Below, piece after piece: positions 9,458 through 18,018 of a stretch of DNA of 64,000 nucleotides. Both the position numbers and the translations under genes were made by a program. Each line of letters begins with the position of its first letter. The first letter of the stretch is position 1. This DNA comes from an uncultured Flavobacteriaceae bacterium. GTDB lineage: Bacteria; Bacteroidota; Bacteroidia; NS11-12g; UBA955. The stretch covers positions 19,465-83,464 of the forward strand of contig CAYYXG010000012.1 of assembly GCA_964475595.1 (NCBI GenBank), given 5' to 3'. The notes under the pieces were generated by a model, which was not told the origin of the DNA, ran no database searches, and saw only the letters and a program-made list of their open reading frames with translations.

Positions 9458-10221
9458 TGCTAATCATCGCCGTTGTCCTGGCCTTATTACCATCCTTGCT
9501 GGGCTCCAACAAACAGAATTCTATTGTATATCTAACAGATAGCATACAGCGAGCTACCCTCATTTCAAAACACATAGCAGCAACAGATTCATTTTTTAAA
9601 AAGAAAAGATCTAGACTTACCCCGTGGAAAGGTTTGAAACAGCAAGACCTGGAAAACTTGGGATTATCTGCAGAGGAAGCAAACCGGGTATATCAAAAAC
9701 TGAGATTGGGTTATCAATACTCATCACTCTCTGAACTCAGCAAAGAGACAGGCATAGACACTACCGTTCTGAAAAACGCCATCTCCAAACCAGCTTTTCG
9801 CAGCAACAAATCCAGAACAAGTAGCATGGTTGAATTGAACAGCTGCGACACTTCTGACCTAATTGCCATGCCGGGTATTGGTAGCAAAACTGCTGCCCGA
9901 ATTATCCGATTCCGCGATGCCCTAGGCGGGTTCTACCAAAAAGAACAAATCCTGGAAACGCGATATACAGATACTACAGTATTGGAAAAACTGCTACCCT
10001 CTTTCCAGATAAATAACGCATTACTGCGTAAAATCCCTATACAGTCAGCAGGCCTTGAACTGCTGAAAAAACATCCATACTTGAGCGAAAAACAGGCTCG
10101 GGTAATCATTGCATTTCGCAATCAACATGGCAGATTAACGGAACAGCATCTCAAAGAAATCAGAATCATTTCAGACACCGACCTAAAAAGACTAATGCCT
10201 TATCTGGATTTTAACGAATAA
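9457..10221 (+). CDS. ComEA-like helix-hairpin-helix DNA-binding protein with N-terminal membrane anchor
   Basis: Anchor MLIIAVVLALLPSLLG. HhH motif LIAMPGIGSKTAARIIRFRDALGGF plus a second HhH-like repeat (KHPYLSEKQARVIIAFR). Start moved from 9391 to 9457 because of the terminator hairpin. Confidence 0.7.
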   Translation: MLIIAVVLALLPSLLGSNKQNSIVYLTDSIQRATLISKHIAATDSFFKKKRSRLTPWKGLKQQDLENLGLSAEEANRVYQKLRLGYQYSSLSELSKETGIDTTVLKNAISKPAFRSNKSRTSSMVELNSCDTSDLIAMPGIGSKTAARIIRFRDALGGFYQKEQILETRYTDTTVLEKLLPSFQINNALLRKIPIQSAGLELLKKHPYLSEKQARVIIAFRNQHGRLTEQHLKEIRIISDTDLKRLMPYLDFNE

Positions 10222-10277
10222 TCCATTTTGTTTACCCAATTGTGATGTTTAGTACACATACATATAACATTGATACC

Positions 10278-10285
10278 TAATTTTG
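10278..10285 (+). promoter_or_regulatory. Bacteroidota -7 promoter box (TAatTTTG)
   Basis: TAnnTTTG match 10 nt upstream of the ATG at 10295. The track TTG start at 10283 falls inside the box. Confidence 0.45.
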
Positions 10286-10294
10286 CATAAATTT

Positions 10295-11437
10295 ATGAAT
10301 TTTACAACAGACGAGAATGTGACAATGATCAGGCAAACTGTAAGGGATTTTGCCGAAAAAAATATCAAACCCCATTTTATGGAATGGGATGAAAGTCAGG
10401 AATTTCCTGTGCATATTTTCAAAGCGTTAGGTGAACTCGGTCTGATGGGTGTTTTGGTACCCGAAGAATATGGCGGATCAGGACTTGGTTATCATGAGTA
10501 TGTGGCTGCCATTGAAGAATTGGCCAAGGTTTGTGGTAGTATCGGGTTGAGCATGGCGGCCCATAATAGTTTGTGTACCGGCCATATTTTGATGTTTGGG
10601 AATGAGGAACAGAAAAAGAACTGGCTGCCAAAACTGGCAACCGGAGAATGGATAGGGGCCTGGGGCCTTACAGAGGCCAATACCGGCTCAGATGCCTTGA
10701 GAATGCAGTGTGTGGCAAAAAAAGACGGCAATGATTGGATACTGAATGGCACCAAAAACTGGATAACCCATGGTATTACGGGGAATGTGGCCGTGGTCTT
10801 GGCCCGCACCGGAGATTTGCTGGACAGCCATGGCATAACTGCATTCGTGGTGGAACGCGGCACTCCGGGTTTCAGGGGCGGTAAAAAGGAAAATAAGCTG
10901 GGGATGCGTGCCAGTGAAACAGCCGAGCTCATATTTGAAGATTGCCGCATACCCGACGCCAACCGTCTGGGCAATATTGGGGATGGCTTCATTCAGGCCA
11001 TGAAAATTTTGGACGGAGGTAGAATTTCCATCGCTGCATTATCATTAGGCATTGCCAAAGGTGCCTACGAAGCCAGCGTTAAATACAGTAAAGAGCGTCA
11101 GCAATTTGGTCAACCCATCGCCAATTTTCAGGCCATTGGCTTCAAACTGGCTGACATGGCTACCCGGATAGAAGCAGCAGAATTGCTTACACACCAGGCC
11201 GCCAGTCTCAAAAACCAGGGAAAAAGCATCAATAAAGAGAGCGCCATGGCCAAGTATTATGCCAGCGAAGTCAGCGTTTTTTGCAGCAATGAAGCCGTTC
11301 AAATTTTTGGCGGATACGGCTATACCAAAGATTTTCCTGTAGAAAAATTCTATCGCGACTGTAAATTATGCACCATTGGTGAGGGCACCAGCGAGATTCA
11401 AAAACTCGTTATCAGCAGAGCAGTTTTGAAGTCGTAA
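10295..11437 (+). CDS. acyl-CoA dehydrogenase
   Basis: Family-typical segments: GAWGLTEANTGSD, GGRISIAALSLG, YGGYGYTKDFPVEKFYRD, IGEGTSEIQ. Confidence 0.9.
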   Translation: MNFTTDENVTMIRQTVRDFAEKNIKPHFMEWDESQEFPVHIFKALGELGLMGVLVPEEYGGSGLGYHEYVAAIEELAKVCGSIGLSMAAHNSLCTGHILMFGNEEQKKNWLPKLATGEWIGAWGLTEANTGSDALRMQCVAKKDGNDWILNGTKNWITHGITGNVAVVLARTGDLLDSHGITAFVVERGTPGFRGGKKENKLGMRASETAELIFEDCRIPDANRLGNIGDGFIQAMKILDGGRISIAALSLGIAKGAYEASVKYSKERQQFGQPIANFQAIGFKLADMATRIEAAELLTHQAASLKNQGKSINKESAMAKYYASEVSVFCSNEAVQIFGGYGYTKDFPVEKFYRDCKLCTIGEGTSEIQKLVISRAVLKS

Positions 11438-11464
11438 TTATTTTGAAATTTGAATAATTTTTTT

Positions 11465-11472
11465 TATATTTG
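11465..11472 (+). promoter_or_regulatory. Bacteroidota -7 promoter box (TAtaTTTG, context tatatttgcactcc)
   Basis: Lies upstream of rpsU. The same tatatttgcactcc string recurs at 38749, and a near-identical form at 59709. Confidence 0.5.
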
Positions 11473-11505
11473 CACTCCCAAAAAAGAAAGTAGGTAGGAA
11501 AAAAC

Positions 11506-11703
11506 ATGATACTTATCAACGTAAAAGAAAGCGATTCACTAGACAAAGCGCTGAAGAAATTCAAAAAGAAGTTCGAGAAAACCGGCGTAGTAAAAGAACT
11601 TCGGGCTCGTCAATCTTTTGAGAAGCCCTGCATCACCAAACGCATGCAGAAAATTCGTGCTGCGTATCGCCAGCAGATGCAGCGTCAGGAAATGGAACCT
11701 TAA
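11506..11703 (+). CDS. rpsU: 30S ribosomal protein S21
   Basis: 65-aa basic protein; ...SLDKALKKFKKKFEKTGVVKELRARQSFEKP... is the S21 signature. Confidence 0.95.
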   Translation: MILINVKESDSLDKALKKFKKKFEKTGVVKELRARQSFEKPCITKRMQKIRAAYRQQMQRQEMEP

Positions 11704-11724
11704 ACATTAAATTTTATAATAAAA

Positions 11725-11747
11725 AGCCGCTTATAGCGGCTTTTTTT
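11725..11747. terminator. bidirectional intrinsic terminator between rpsU and the convergent asparaginase gene
   Basis: aaaaAGCCGCttatAGCGGCttttttt: A-run, GC stem, then T-run. Confidence 0.7.
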
Positions 11748-12717
11748 ATGCCTTGAGCAGGTATTCTGCCGTTCGAATTTCATGAACACCTTCGCAGGTT
11801 AAAGCATACACAAAACCAGGCATCAGACTATAAGCCCCTACGTTACCATTGTTATCCATAGCTAATAAACACACCTGTTTCCCTCTGGCTGCCTCACCGC
11901 GCCTGCGGTAATATCGCTTTATGACTGCTTCGCAGGCAGCCTGAGCACCCTTGCCATTTCGCATGGCCTCCACCACACTGTGAGAGGCGGCCATCCTGAT
12001 CATTTCTTCTCCCAGACCGGAGCAGGTAGCTCCACCAACTTCCCCGTCCACATACAATCCCGCTCCGATGATGGGTGAATCTCCTACCCTACCATGCATT
12101 TTCCAAGCCATGCCGCTGGTGGTGCAAACCCCGGAGAGTCGACGCTGACTATCAAGGGCCAACATGCCAATAGTATCGTGGTTTAACTCCCAGTTTGGAG
12201 TCGGCGAATATTCAGATTTTCTGAGCCATTCCTTCCATGCTGCTTCAGATTCAGCCGTAAGTAAATTTTCTTTTTTAAAACCCTGCTCCAGTGCAAACTT
12301 TAAGGCACCACCTCCCGTGAGCATGACATGGGGCGTTTTCTCCATGACCTGCCTTGCCACGGCCGCAGGGTGCATAATATGCTCAAGACATGCCACAGAA
12401 CCGCAATTCAAACGCTCATCCATGATACATGCATCCAGTGTCACTCTTCCGTCTCTGTCGGGGAAACCACCCAAACCCACCGTATTGATGGCCGGATCTT
12501 TTTCGGGGACTGCCACTCCCGCCACAATGGCATCCAATGAATAACTACCTTTGGCCAGCAGATCCCACGCTGCAGCATTGGCTTGCAACCCGAAATCCCA
12601 GGTAGATACAACCACAGGGGCTTTGCCTTTCAATTTCCCCTGAGCCCGAACATCGCCAAGCACGCCGGCGATGGAAACCACCCCTGTAAGTTTCAAAAAA
12701 TCTTTTCTTGAAAGCAT
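11746..12717 (-). CDS. secreted glycosylasparaginase / isoaspartyl peptidase (Ntn-hydrolase, asparaginase 2 family)
   Basis: Tat-like signal MLSRKDFLKLTGVVSIAG and autoprocessing context NHDTIGMLALD. I chose the start at 12717 rather than the track's 12777. Confidence 0.85.
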   Translation of the reverse strand: MLSRKDFLKLTGVVSIAGVLGDVRAQGKLKGKAPVVVSTWDFGLQANAAAWDLLAKGSYSLDAIVAGVAVPEKDPAINTVGLGGFPDRDGRVTLDACIMDERLNCGSVACLEHIMHPAAVARQVMEKTPHVMLTGGGALKFALEQGFKKENLLTAESEAAWKEWLRKSEYSPTPNWELNHDTIGMLALDSQRRLSGVCTTSGMAWKMHGRVGDSPIIGAGLYVDGEVGGATCSGLGEEMIRMAASHSVVEAMRNGKGAQAACEAVIKRYYRRRGEAARGKQVCLLAMDNNGNVGAYSLMPGFVYALTCEGVHEIRTAEYLLKA

Positions 12718-12830
12718 GCGGACGAAGTTATTTGTTTTTTGCAGATTTCCCCGCCTTAATAAAGGGTTTATGCACATGGGTTCATAAATAATTGCAATAA
12801 AAAAAGTTGGGGAGCGTTTGATTTGTATTG

Positions 12831-13691
12831 ATGCATGCAGCCGCTGTTGATTTTCTGGATTATCTGGCTATGAACCGACGTATGTCCATTCATACAGTTT
12901 CCGCGTATGAAAACGACTTGCAGCAGTTTCAGATCCATTGTCAAAACGAGGGATTAACCTTGGTTACCGGACTTAACGCGATGACGGTAAGAGGTTGGAT
13001 GGCAGTCCTCATGCAATCGGGATTGCAGGCAAGAACTGTACACCGAAAAATTTCTGTACTTCGCTCATTTACCCGCTATCTGCGTAAACAAGGAACCCTC
13101 AAAAGCGACCCCCTTTCCAAAATTAGTCTGCCCAAAATGCCCAAACGTATTGTACAGGATATTCCGGCCAGAGATTTACAAAACATGTTTGCCCATTTCC
13201 CCTGGCAAGAACAGGAAAACGGACAGCGTGACCGATTGCTTTTGCTACTGTTTTATTCCACGGGAATGCGTTTAAGCGAGCTTGCAGCCATACATTGTGG
13301 CGATGTGGACCTAAACCGAAAAACGGTACAGGTTACGGGAAAGCGGAACAAACAACGATTGATTCCTTTGCACGATGAAATTATGGAAGGATTAAAGGAT
13401 TGGATGCAAGGCCGAAAAGGATTGCTATTTGCACTGGAAAATGGAAAACCCATGTACCGAATGTATGTTTACCGATTGGTAAACCAATATTTACGGCTCT
13501 TTAGCGACGCCCTGAAAACCAGTCCACACGTGCTTCGACATTCATTTGCGACGCATATGTTAAATAATGGCGCTCAGTTAATGGCAATAAAGGAAATTTT
13601 AGGACATGCCAGTCTGGCGGCTACACAGGTATATACCAAAAACAGTTTTGAGAAACTGAAAAAAATTCACGGTTTGCACCCCCGAAATTAA
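12831..13691 (+). CDS. tyrosine recombinase XerC/XerD family
   Basis: N-terminal SAM-like domain (YLAMNRRMSIHTVSAYENDL) and catalytic segments TGMRLSEL, HVLRHSFATHML and LGHASLAATQVYT. Confidence 0.85.
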   Translation: MHAAAVDFLDYLAMNRRMSIHTVSAYENDLQQFQIHCQNEGLTLVTGLNAMTVRGWMAVLMQSGLQARTVHRKISVLRSFTRYLRKQGTLKSDPLSKISLPKMPKRIVQDIPARDLQNMFAHFPWQEQENGQRDRLLLLLFYSTGMRLSELAAIHCGDVDLNRKTVQVTGKRNKQRLIPLHDEIMEGLKDWMQGRKGLLFALENGKPMYRMYVYRLVNQYLRLFSDALKTSPHVLRHSFATHMLNNGAQLMAIKEILGHASLAATQVYTKNSFEKLKKIHGLHPRN

Positions 13692-13816
13692 AATCAGTCG
13701 GATTTTTAGGTGCATTCATCTACAGAATGACACAAATCATCAACTTCGGCGTTATCTTTATGTAAATTGTTGGTGATACCAATTACGGGATCTCAGCAAA
13801 AATTAAATGCAAAATC

Positions 13817-14116
13817 ATGAATATTCATTTTCAAACCATTGGACTGAAAGCAGAACCAAAGATTATGGATGTAATCTCCGGCAAGCTGGAAAGATTGAAC
13901 CGCATGTATCAGCGCATGCAGGAAGTAAAGGTAATTCTCAAAGAAGAGAAATCAGACACCAAGCGAAATAAAACGCTTGAAATTCGTGTGAAAGTACCCG
14001 AAAAAGAATTGTTTGTGATGCAACAGGATACCACATTTGAAAATGCCGCAGATGGGGCTGTGAGTGCATTAAAACAGCAGATATCCCGCCTAAAGGGAAA
14101 ATTACAAGATCACTAG
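13817..14116 (+). CDS. hpf: ribosome hibernation promoting factor (short HPF/RaiA)
   Basis: 99-aa protein with the sigma54-modulation/S30EA-like pattern, in the conserved position after rpsU-xer. Confidence 0.85.
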   Translation: MNIHFQTIGLKAEPKIMDVISGKLERLNRMYQRMQEVKVILKEEKSDTKRNKTLEIRVKVPEKELFVMQQDTTFENAADGAVSALKQQISRLKGKLQDH

Positions 14117-14529
14117 TCGATGGTAGCAAGCACCTTAAGCTCTATAGCAATGGGTGTGGGAAGACAATTGATTTCAAGGGTGGTTCTGCATGGTGGATTA
14201 TTGGCAAAATATTCTGCCCACAACTTGTTGTAGGTTTTAAAATCATCTTTCATATTGGTCAAAAACACGGTAACATCGATGATGTTTTCCCACTTGCTAC
14301 CGGCGTCTTCAAGTATCCACCTAACATTCTGAAAAACGCTACGACATTGGGTTTCTATGTCATAAGAAACAATGTTTCCATTTTCGTCAAGCTCTACCCC
14401 GGGGATTTTCTTGGTGCCTTTTTCACGGGGACCTACGCCACTTAAATATAAAAGATTTCCTACGCGCCTCGCATGTGGGTAAAGACCTACCGGCTCGGGA
14501 GCTTTGCCAGAATTGATTATGTCATTCAT
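14113..14529 (-). CDS. RidA/YjgF-family reactive-intermediate deaminase
   Basis: Segments YLSGVGP, VDVTVFLTNMKDF..YN and CRTTLEINCLPTPIAIELKVLA are typical of RidA. Confidence 0.9.
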   Translation of the reverse strand: MNDIINSGKAPEPVGLYPHARRVGNLLYLSGVGPREKGTKKIPGVELDENGNIVSYDIETQCRSVFQNVRWILEDAGSKWENIIDVTVFLTNMKDDFKTYNKLWAEYFANNPPCRTTLEINCLPTPIAIELKVLATID

Positions 14530-14580
14530 GATGATTTAAAGTTACGAATTTACTATCCGTACAAGATTTTGCGTTGCATT

Positions 14581-15915
14581 TCAATCGCAAATTTCAAAAT
14601 GCTCTGTGAAGACAATACCCATTTTTTCCAAACGGGGCAAAATCTGATTATACCAGTAAGCGCTAACAGGAATCACTACCCCGGATTCAGGACAATTCCC
14701 TGACAGCACCAGCTCAACACCCAAAGCCAATGGCAGGCCAACCGTTTTTGCCATTGCCGTATGCATATCATCTGCGCCCCTGACACAAAGTGTAGCATGA
14801 TACCTTTTCTTTATTCCATCTTTCACAAAGCCAATGCGGTGGTACATTACCACCTCATCACTATCTCCCGGCATCATTTTCCACTTTTCAAGCAAAACAG
14901 CTTCCAGCACTTCAGCAGCATTGTTCGCATCGGGATCAAAAGGCCTAGTACTTTCCAAATCCAAATAATCAAACCAAACGGCCTGATCGGCACTAATCCA
15001 ACGATTTTTTAGCAACCAGTCTGATAGCAACTGTTTCTTATTTTTTCCGGTAAGTGCACAACATACATCATTCAGGCATTGCAAATTTTTAGGGAGCGAT
15101 GACTGTGCATCGGTGAAACCCAGTGCCACCAGTACCTGCCAGTTTTTACAGAAATTTGCACGCCTCAGTGTTCCCCTGAAAAGTGTATCTGCCTCATCAA
15201 GCTTATAAAGTGAAGAATAGGAAAGACTATCGCGGTTTGCATAGGCATCAAATTCACCCAAGCCTGGAATCGACAAGGTTTTTGCCTCGGCAAAAAGGCG
15301 GTGCCACGGAATACTTCTCAGTTGCTTTTGATGTCTGTATATACTGTTGCCTCCCTGCCCTGCCAACACTACGTTGCGGGGATTCCAGCTGAATTTATAT
15401 CTCCAGGGATTATTGGCACAATATGCTTCAGCAATCAGCCCACCACAATAACTTTCAAAAGCGGTAATTACTCCACCATCTGCCCTAATTTCATCCATGG
15501 CTTTCATGGCGCTTAAGTGATCAATGCCAGGATCCAGACCCAGTTCATTTAAAAATACCAATCCGGCTTTTCTTGATTCCACATCCAGTTCCTTCATTGC
15601 TTCACTTACATACGAGGCAGAAGCAAAATGGGCGCGGTATTTAAGACACAAGGCAGCTACTTTTGGATGCATGGGAGGCGGAAGCAGAGAAACCACCATT
15701 TCCTTACCATTAACAAGCTGCTCCAGGGCATCCGCATCTGATGCGTTTATCATTTTTCGCTCAAGCCGCAAATCAGACGTGTGTTTTTCTAAATCCTTTG
15801 GATTGGCATCGCACACCGTTAATGAACGTTGAGTTTTATGGCAAAATTCTGCCAAATGCGTTAGTAAAAAACGAGAACTCCTGCCGGCCCCCAGCACCAA
15901 AACCCCGCTATTCAT
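14581..15915 (-). CDS. saccharopine dehydrogenase family oxidoreductase
   Basis: Rossmann N-terminus MNSGVLVLGAGRSS and ELGLDPGIDH. I chose the internal start at 15915, which overlaps the TrmH stop by 8 nt. Confidence 0.85.
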   Translation of the reverse strand: MNSGVLVLGAGRSSRFLLTHLAEFCHKTQRSLTVCDANPKDLEKHTSDLRLERKMINASDADALEQLVNGKEMVVSLLPPPMHPKVAALCLKYRAHFASASYVSEAMKELDVESRKAGLVFLNELGLDPGIDHLSAMKAMDEIRADGGVITAFESYCGGLIAEAYCANNPWRYKFSWNPRNVVLAGQGGNSIYRHQKQLRSIPWHRLFAEAKTLSIPGLGEFDAYANRDSLSYSSLYKLDEADTLFRGTLRRANFCKNWQVLVALGFTDAQSSLPKNLQCLNDVCCALTGKNKKQLLSDWLLKNRWISADQAVWFDYLDLESTRPFDPDANNAAEVLEAVLLEKWKMMPGDSDEVVMYHRIGFVKDGIKKRYHATLCVRGADDMHTAMAKTVGLPLALGVELVLSGNCPESGVVIPVSAYWYNQILPRLEKMGIVFTEHFEICD

Positions 15916-16720
15916 GGGAACCTCCAATATTTTGGCGCTGTCTTGCCGCCTCAAACATGATTAGGGCAGCAGCTGTGGAGACATTCAGACTGTCAACGTT
16001 GCCAAACATGGGTATATTGACATTTAGACCAGCATTTCTCCAGAAATCACTAAGTCCCGAACTCTCTGTGCCTACAACCACCGCTGCAGGTCCTGTTAAA
16101 TCTTGTTGCCAAATACTAACCGCATTCTCCATAAAAGTAGTAAACACCGAAACATGTTGATTCTGTAAAAACTCCAAGGTTTCCTGCGGGCTCATTACAA
16201 GTACCGGAACGCTAAAAACGCATCCCACACTGCTTCTTATTACATTCGGATTATAAATATCCACTGCAGGATCACACAAAATAACCGCAGTAGTGCCAGA
16301 AGCATCAGCACTTCTCAACAGCGCCCCTAAGTTCCCGGGTTTTTCAACGGATTCGGCCACCACATAGAATGGCTGATTATGTCTTTTAACCGAACCTGTA
16401 GTCGTTTTTTTTGCCTCGACAACTGCTACCGCATTTTTAACGCCGGATCGGTATGCCAGCTTTGTCATAATTTCTGCAGAAACCGAAAACCATTCTACAT
16501 CAGCTTGCAACCCCTGAAACCATGCATCTAGCTCCTCTTTGGAGATATCATCCCCACAAAAAAATAATTTCTTAAATAAAAAACCCGCTTTCTGGCACAT
16601 CTTCAACTCATTCAACCCCTCAGCTACAAAAAGCCCGGTGGATTTACGCAAACGACTCTTTTCCAACAGCTGCAAGGCTTCCTTTACCGAAGGATTCTGC
16701 AGACTGCTAATGTACTTCAT
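15908..16720 (-). CDS. TrmH/SpoU-family RNA 2'-O-methyltransferase
   Basis: N-terminal SpoU_sub_bind-like segment, and C-terminal motifs NLGALLRSA, VVVGTESSGLS and IPMFGNVDSLNVS. Confidence 0.85.
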   Translation of the reverse strand: MKYISSLQNPSVKEALQLLEKSRLRKSTGLFVAEGLNELKMCQKAGFLFKKLFFCGDDISKEELDAWFQGLQADVEWFSVSAEIMTKLAYRSGVKNAVAVVEAKKTTTGSVKRHNQPFYVVAESVEKPGNLGALLRSADASGTTAVILCDPAVDIYNPNVIRSSVGCVFSVPVLVMSPQETLEFLQNQHVSVFTTFMENAVSIWQQDLTGPAAVVVGTESSGLSDFWRNAGLNVNIPMFGNVDSLNVSTAAALIMFEAARQRQNIGGSHE

Positions 16721-16733
16721 GGTTAAAGGCCGT

Positions 16734-18017
16734 TCAGGCGTTTTTAACCGACATCGGGTTAGCGTGCCAGATACCCGCCTTTACCGTACCTGCTACTAAT
16801 CCCTTCAGGGTTTTCCCAAGCAACGGCTGATTTACACCCTTGCTATAATTAAAAGATGGCTCAAAAACCCATTCCGCGGTTGGGCTAAACAAAGTAATGT
16901 CAGCCGGCTGTCCCGGATTGAGACTTACTTTGGGCAGACCCATCATTTTCCGGGGACCTGATGACAGTGTAGCGGCAATGATGTTCAAATCGGGCTTTCC
17001 CCCGCCTGTAATGGACTGAAGCACGGTTTGTATGGAAGAGGCACCCCATCCGGCATAGTCGAATTCTACTGCCTTGTTTTCAATATCCTGTGCATGATGA
17101 TTACTCATTACCGCATCGATTGTGCCATCGGCAAGACCCTGCCAAAGTGCCACTCGGTCTCGCTCCGATCTATATGGCGGTAAGACTTTATAATTCTCGT
17201 CAAAAGAGGTAAGGTTTTCGTCTGTAAACAGCAAATTAAATGCAGGCACTGCGGCCTTTACATCAATGCCGGCAGATTTGGCCTTCCTCAAAAGATCTAC
17301 AGACTCAGCACTGCTTATCCTGATTATTCTTACGGGAACTTTCAGCCACCCGGCTATCTGTAATATTTGCTCCAGCGCTGCACTTTCACTCACAGACGGC
17401 ATGCCTTTCAGACCCAAAGAAGCACTTTGAATACCTTCGTGTATGCTTCCACCGGGTGCCAGCTTTTTATCGAACGGGAAAAATAGAACAGGCAACTTAA
17501 GACCTGAACTATACTCCATAATTCTGGAAATCAGGCCTGTATCGGCAATGGTATGATCTCCATCACAAAAACCGACGGCACCTGCTTTAGCCATGTCATA
17601 GAACTCAGTCATTTCCTTGCCCTGGGCCTGCTGTGTGATATTTCCAAGCGGCAAAACATGGATGGGTAAGTCACTACCCGCTTTTCCTAAAGCGGTAATG
17701 GCCGCAGCATGGTCCGGATACGGATGATTTCCTGCCAACACAGCCACATGCGTAAATCCTCCTGACTGTGCCGCTTTGGAAAGACTCTTGAAATCTTCCT
17801 TCCATTCCTCACCGGGCTCGCCGCAATAGGAAAGAATATCAAGCCAACCGGTATTGGCCACAAGACCGCTGGCATTCACTTCTTTATCGGCCTGCACCTC
17901 CAAATCCGTGCCCATTGCTTCAATGATGCCGTTTTTGATATAAATGTCTGTCTGCTTTCCGTGATGGGCCGACTCAATGTCAATGACCTGGGCAGATTTG
18001 ATAAGAATTGTAGTCAT
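16734..18017 (-). CDS. dihydroorotase-like amidohydrolase lacking the HxH metal motif
   Basis: Overall DHOase class I layout, but LDILSYCGEPG replaces D-x-H-x-H-x-R-E-P-G. The ATG at 18017 abuts the stop of the upstream gene; the track start at 18164 overlaps that gene. Confidence 0.8.
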   Translation of the reverse strand: MTTILIKSAQVIDIESAHHGKQTDIYIKNGIIEAMGTDLEVQADKEVNASGLVANTGWLDILSYCGEPGEEWKEDFKSLSKAAQSGGFTHVAVLAGNHPYPDHAAAITALGKAGSDLPIHVLPLGNITQQAQGKEMTEFYDMAKAGAVGFCDGDHTIADTGLISRIMEYSSGLKLPVLFFPFDKKLAPGGSIHEGIQSASLGLKGMPSVSESAALEQILQIAGWLKVPVRIIRISSAESVDLLRKAKSAGIDVKAAVPAFNLLFTDENLTSFDENYKVLPPYRSERDRVALWQGLADGTIDAVMSNHHAQDIENKAVEFDYAGWGASSIQTVLQSITGGGKPDLNIIAATLSSGPRKMMGLPKVSLNPGQPADITLFSPTAEWVFEPSFNYSKGVNQPLLGKTLKGLVAGTVKAGIWHANPMSVKNA

Positions 18018-18018
18018 C

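Noticed and set aside
12831-13691. The XerC/D-like tyrosine recombinase as a marker of a mobile element.
   Set aside because: It sits between rpsU and hpf, a context I recall as conserved across Bacteroidota. Its flanks have core-like composition and no att-like repeats, so it is more likely a housekeeping recombinase.
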